Origin: Sphingomonadales bacterium 12-68-11
GTDB taxonomy: Bacteria; Pseudomonadota; Alphaproteobacteria; Sphingomonadales; Sphingomonadaceae
DNA length: 64,000 nucleotides
Direction: 5' to 3'
Assembly: GCA_002279825.1 (NCBI GenBank)
Contig: NCCV01000006.1
Span: 63,758-127,757 of the forward strand
This document shows positions 63,751-64,000 of the stretch, one piece after another. Below the pieces are notes generated by a model. That model was not told where the DNA came from. It did no database searches and worked only from the letters and a program-made list of their open reading frames with translations. A program made the translations under genes and the position numbers. Position 1 is the stretch's first letter; the number at the start of each line of letters is the position of its first letter.

Positions 63751-64000
63751 ATGACCGCACGCCTGCTGCTCGCCTCGGCGCTGTCCTCGGCCCTGCTGGC
63801 GGTTCCGTCCGCCTCCTCGGCGCAAGGGCGCAACCTCGACACCGCTAGCCCCGACGGCAAGGTATTTGCCGGCGAACTCGCCGCCGAAACCGCCCCCGCC
63901 ATCTTCCGCCTCTCGCTGCCCGCGCGCCAGGGGATCGAGCTCGAAGCGCTTCCGGTCGGTTCGTCCGATCCGCAGATCAAGGTGTTCGAGGGCGATTCGC
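63751..64000 (+). CDS. secreted hypothetical protein, N-terminal fragment (runs off the window end)
   Basis: ATG 63751. MTARLLLASALSSALLAVPSASSAQG signal peptide. The rest is not interpretable. Confidence 0.5.
   Translation, partial: MTARLLLASALSSALLAVPSASSAQGRNLDTASPDGKVFAGELAAETAPAIFRLSLPARQGIELEALPVGSSDPQIKVFEGDS

Overview
High-G+C (roughly two-thirds by eye), gene-dense chromosomal segment that looks alphaproteobacterial, most likely Sphingomonadales. That call is an inference from three things: a PEPxxWA-type PEP-CTERM protein, three TonB-dependent receptors, and a recurrent palindromic repeat. I support about 60 protein-coding genes, one tRNA-Gln(UUG), five copies of a ~65-bp palindromic REP/MITE-like element, a few hairpin/terminator-like structures and one probable pseudogene. 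I see no rRNA gene, CRISPR array, IS element, integrase or prophage. Most of the content is housekeeping:
- RNA modification and maturation: miaB-phoH-ybeY, rimI-tsaB, tlyA.
- Biosynthesis: class II DAHP synthase, ilvE, leuB, metZ.
- Regulators: fur, mucR.
- Other: an Nfu-type Fe-S protein, recO, apaG, katE, tspO, ubiK.
- Accessory-looking loci: LysR/TBDR/sulfatase/MFS, MarR/large TBDR, TBDR/PepSY, an egtB-egtD ergothioneine pair, a GT2-GtrA plus GT39 pair, and topoisomerase IB.

Items most worth a second look:
1. An intergenic 15-nt perfect copy of the 16S rRNA 3' tail. On the minus strand it reads as an extreme Shine-Dalgarno in front of an 18-codon sORF and a terminator. On the plus strand it would be an anti-SD-mimic sRNA.
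2. egtBD followed 8 nt later by a conserved unknown gene.
3. A Met/Gly-rich secreted protein bracketed by two copies of the REP element.
4. A perfect CtrA-type box (TTAA-N7-TTAAC) in front of a PEP-CTERM gene that interrupts the miaB-phoH array.
5. An AraC-family gene with an apparent internal deletion and frameshift.

All functional calls come from motif and family recognition by eye on the supplied translations. No database search was run. Many start codons were re-picked by me and are approximate.
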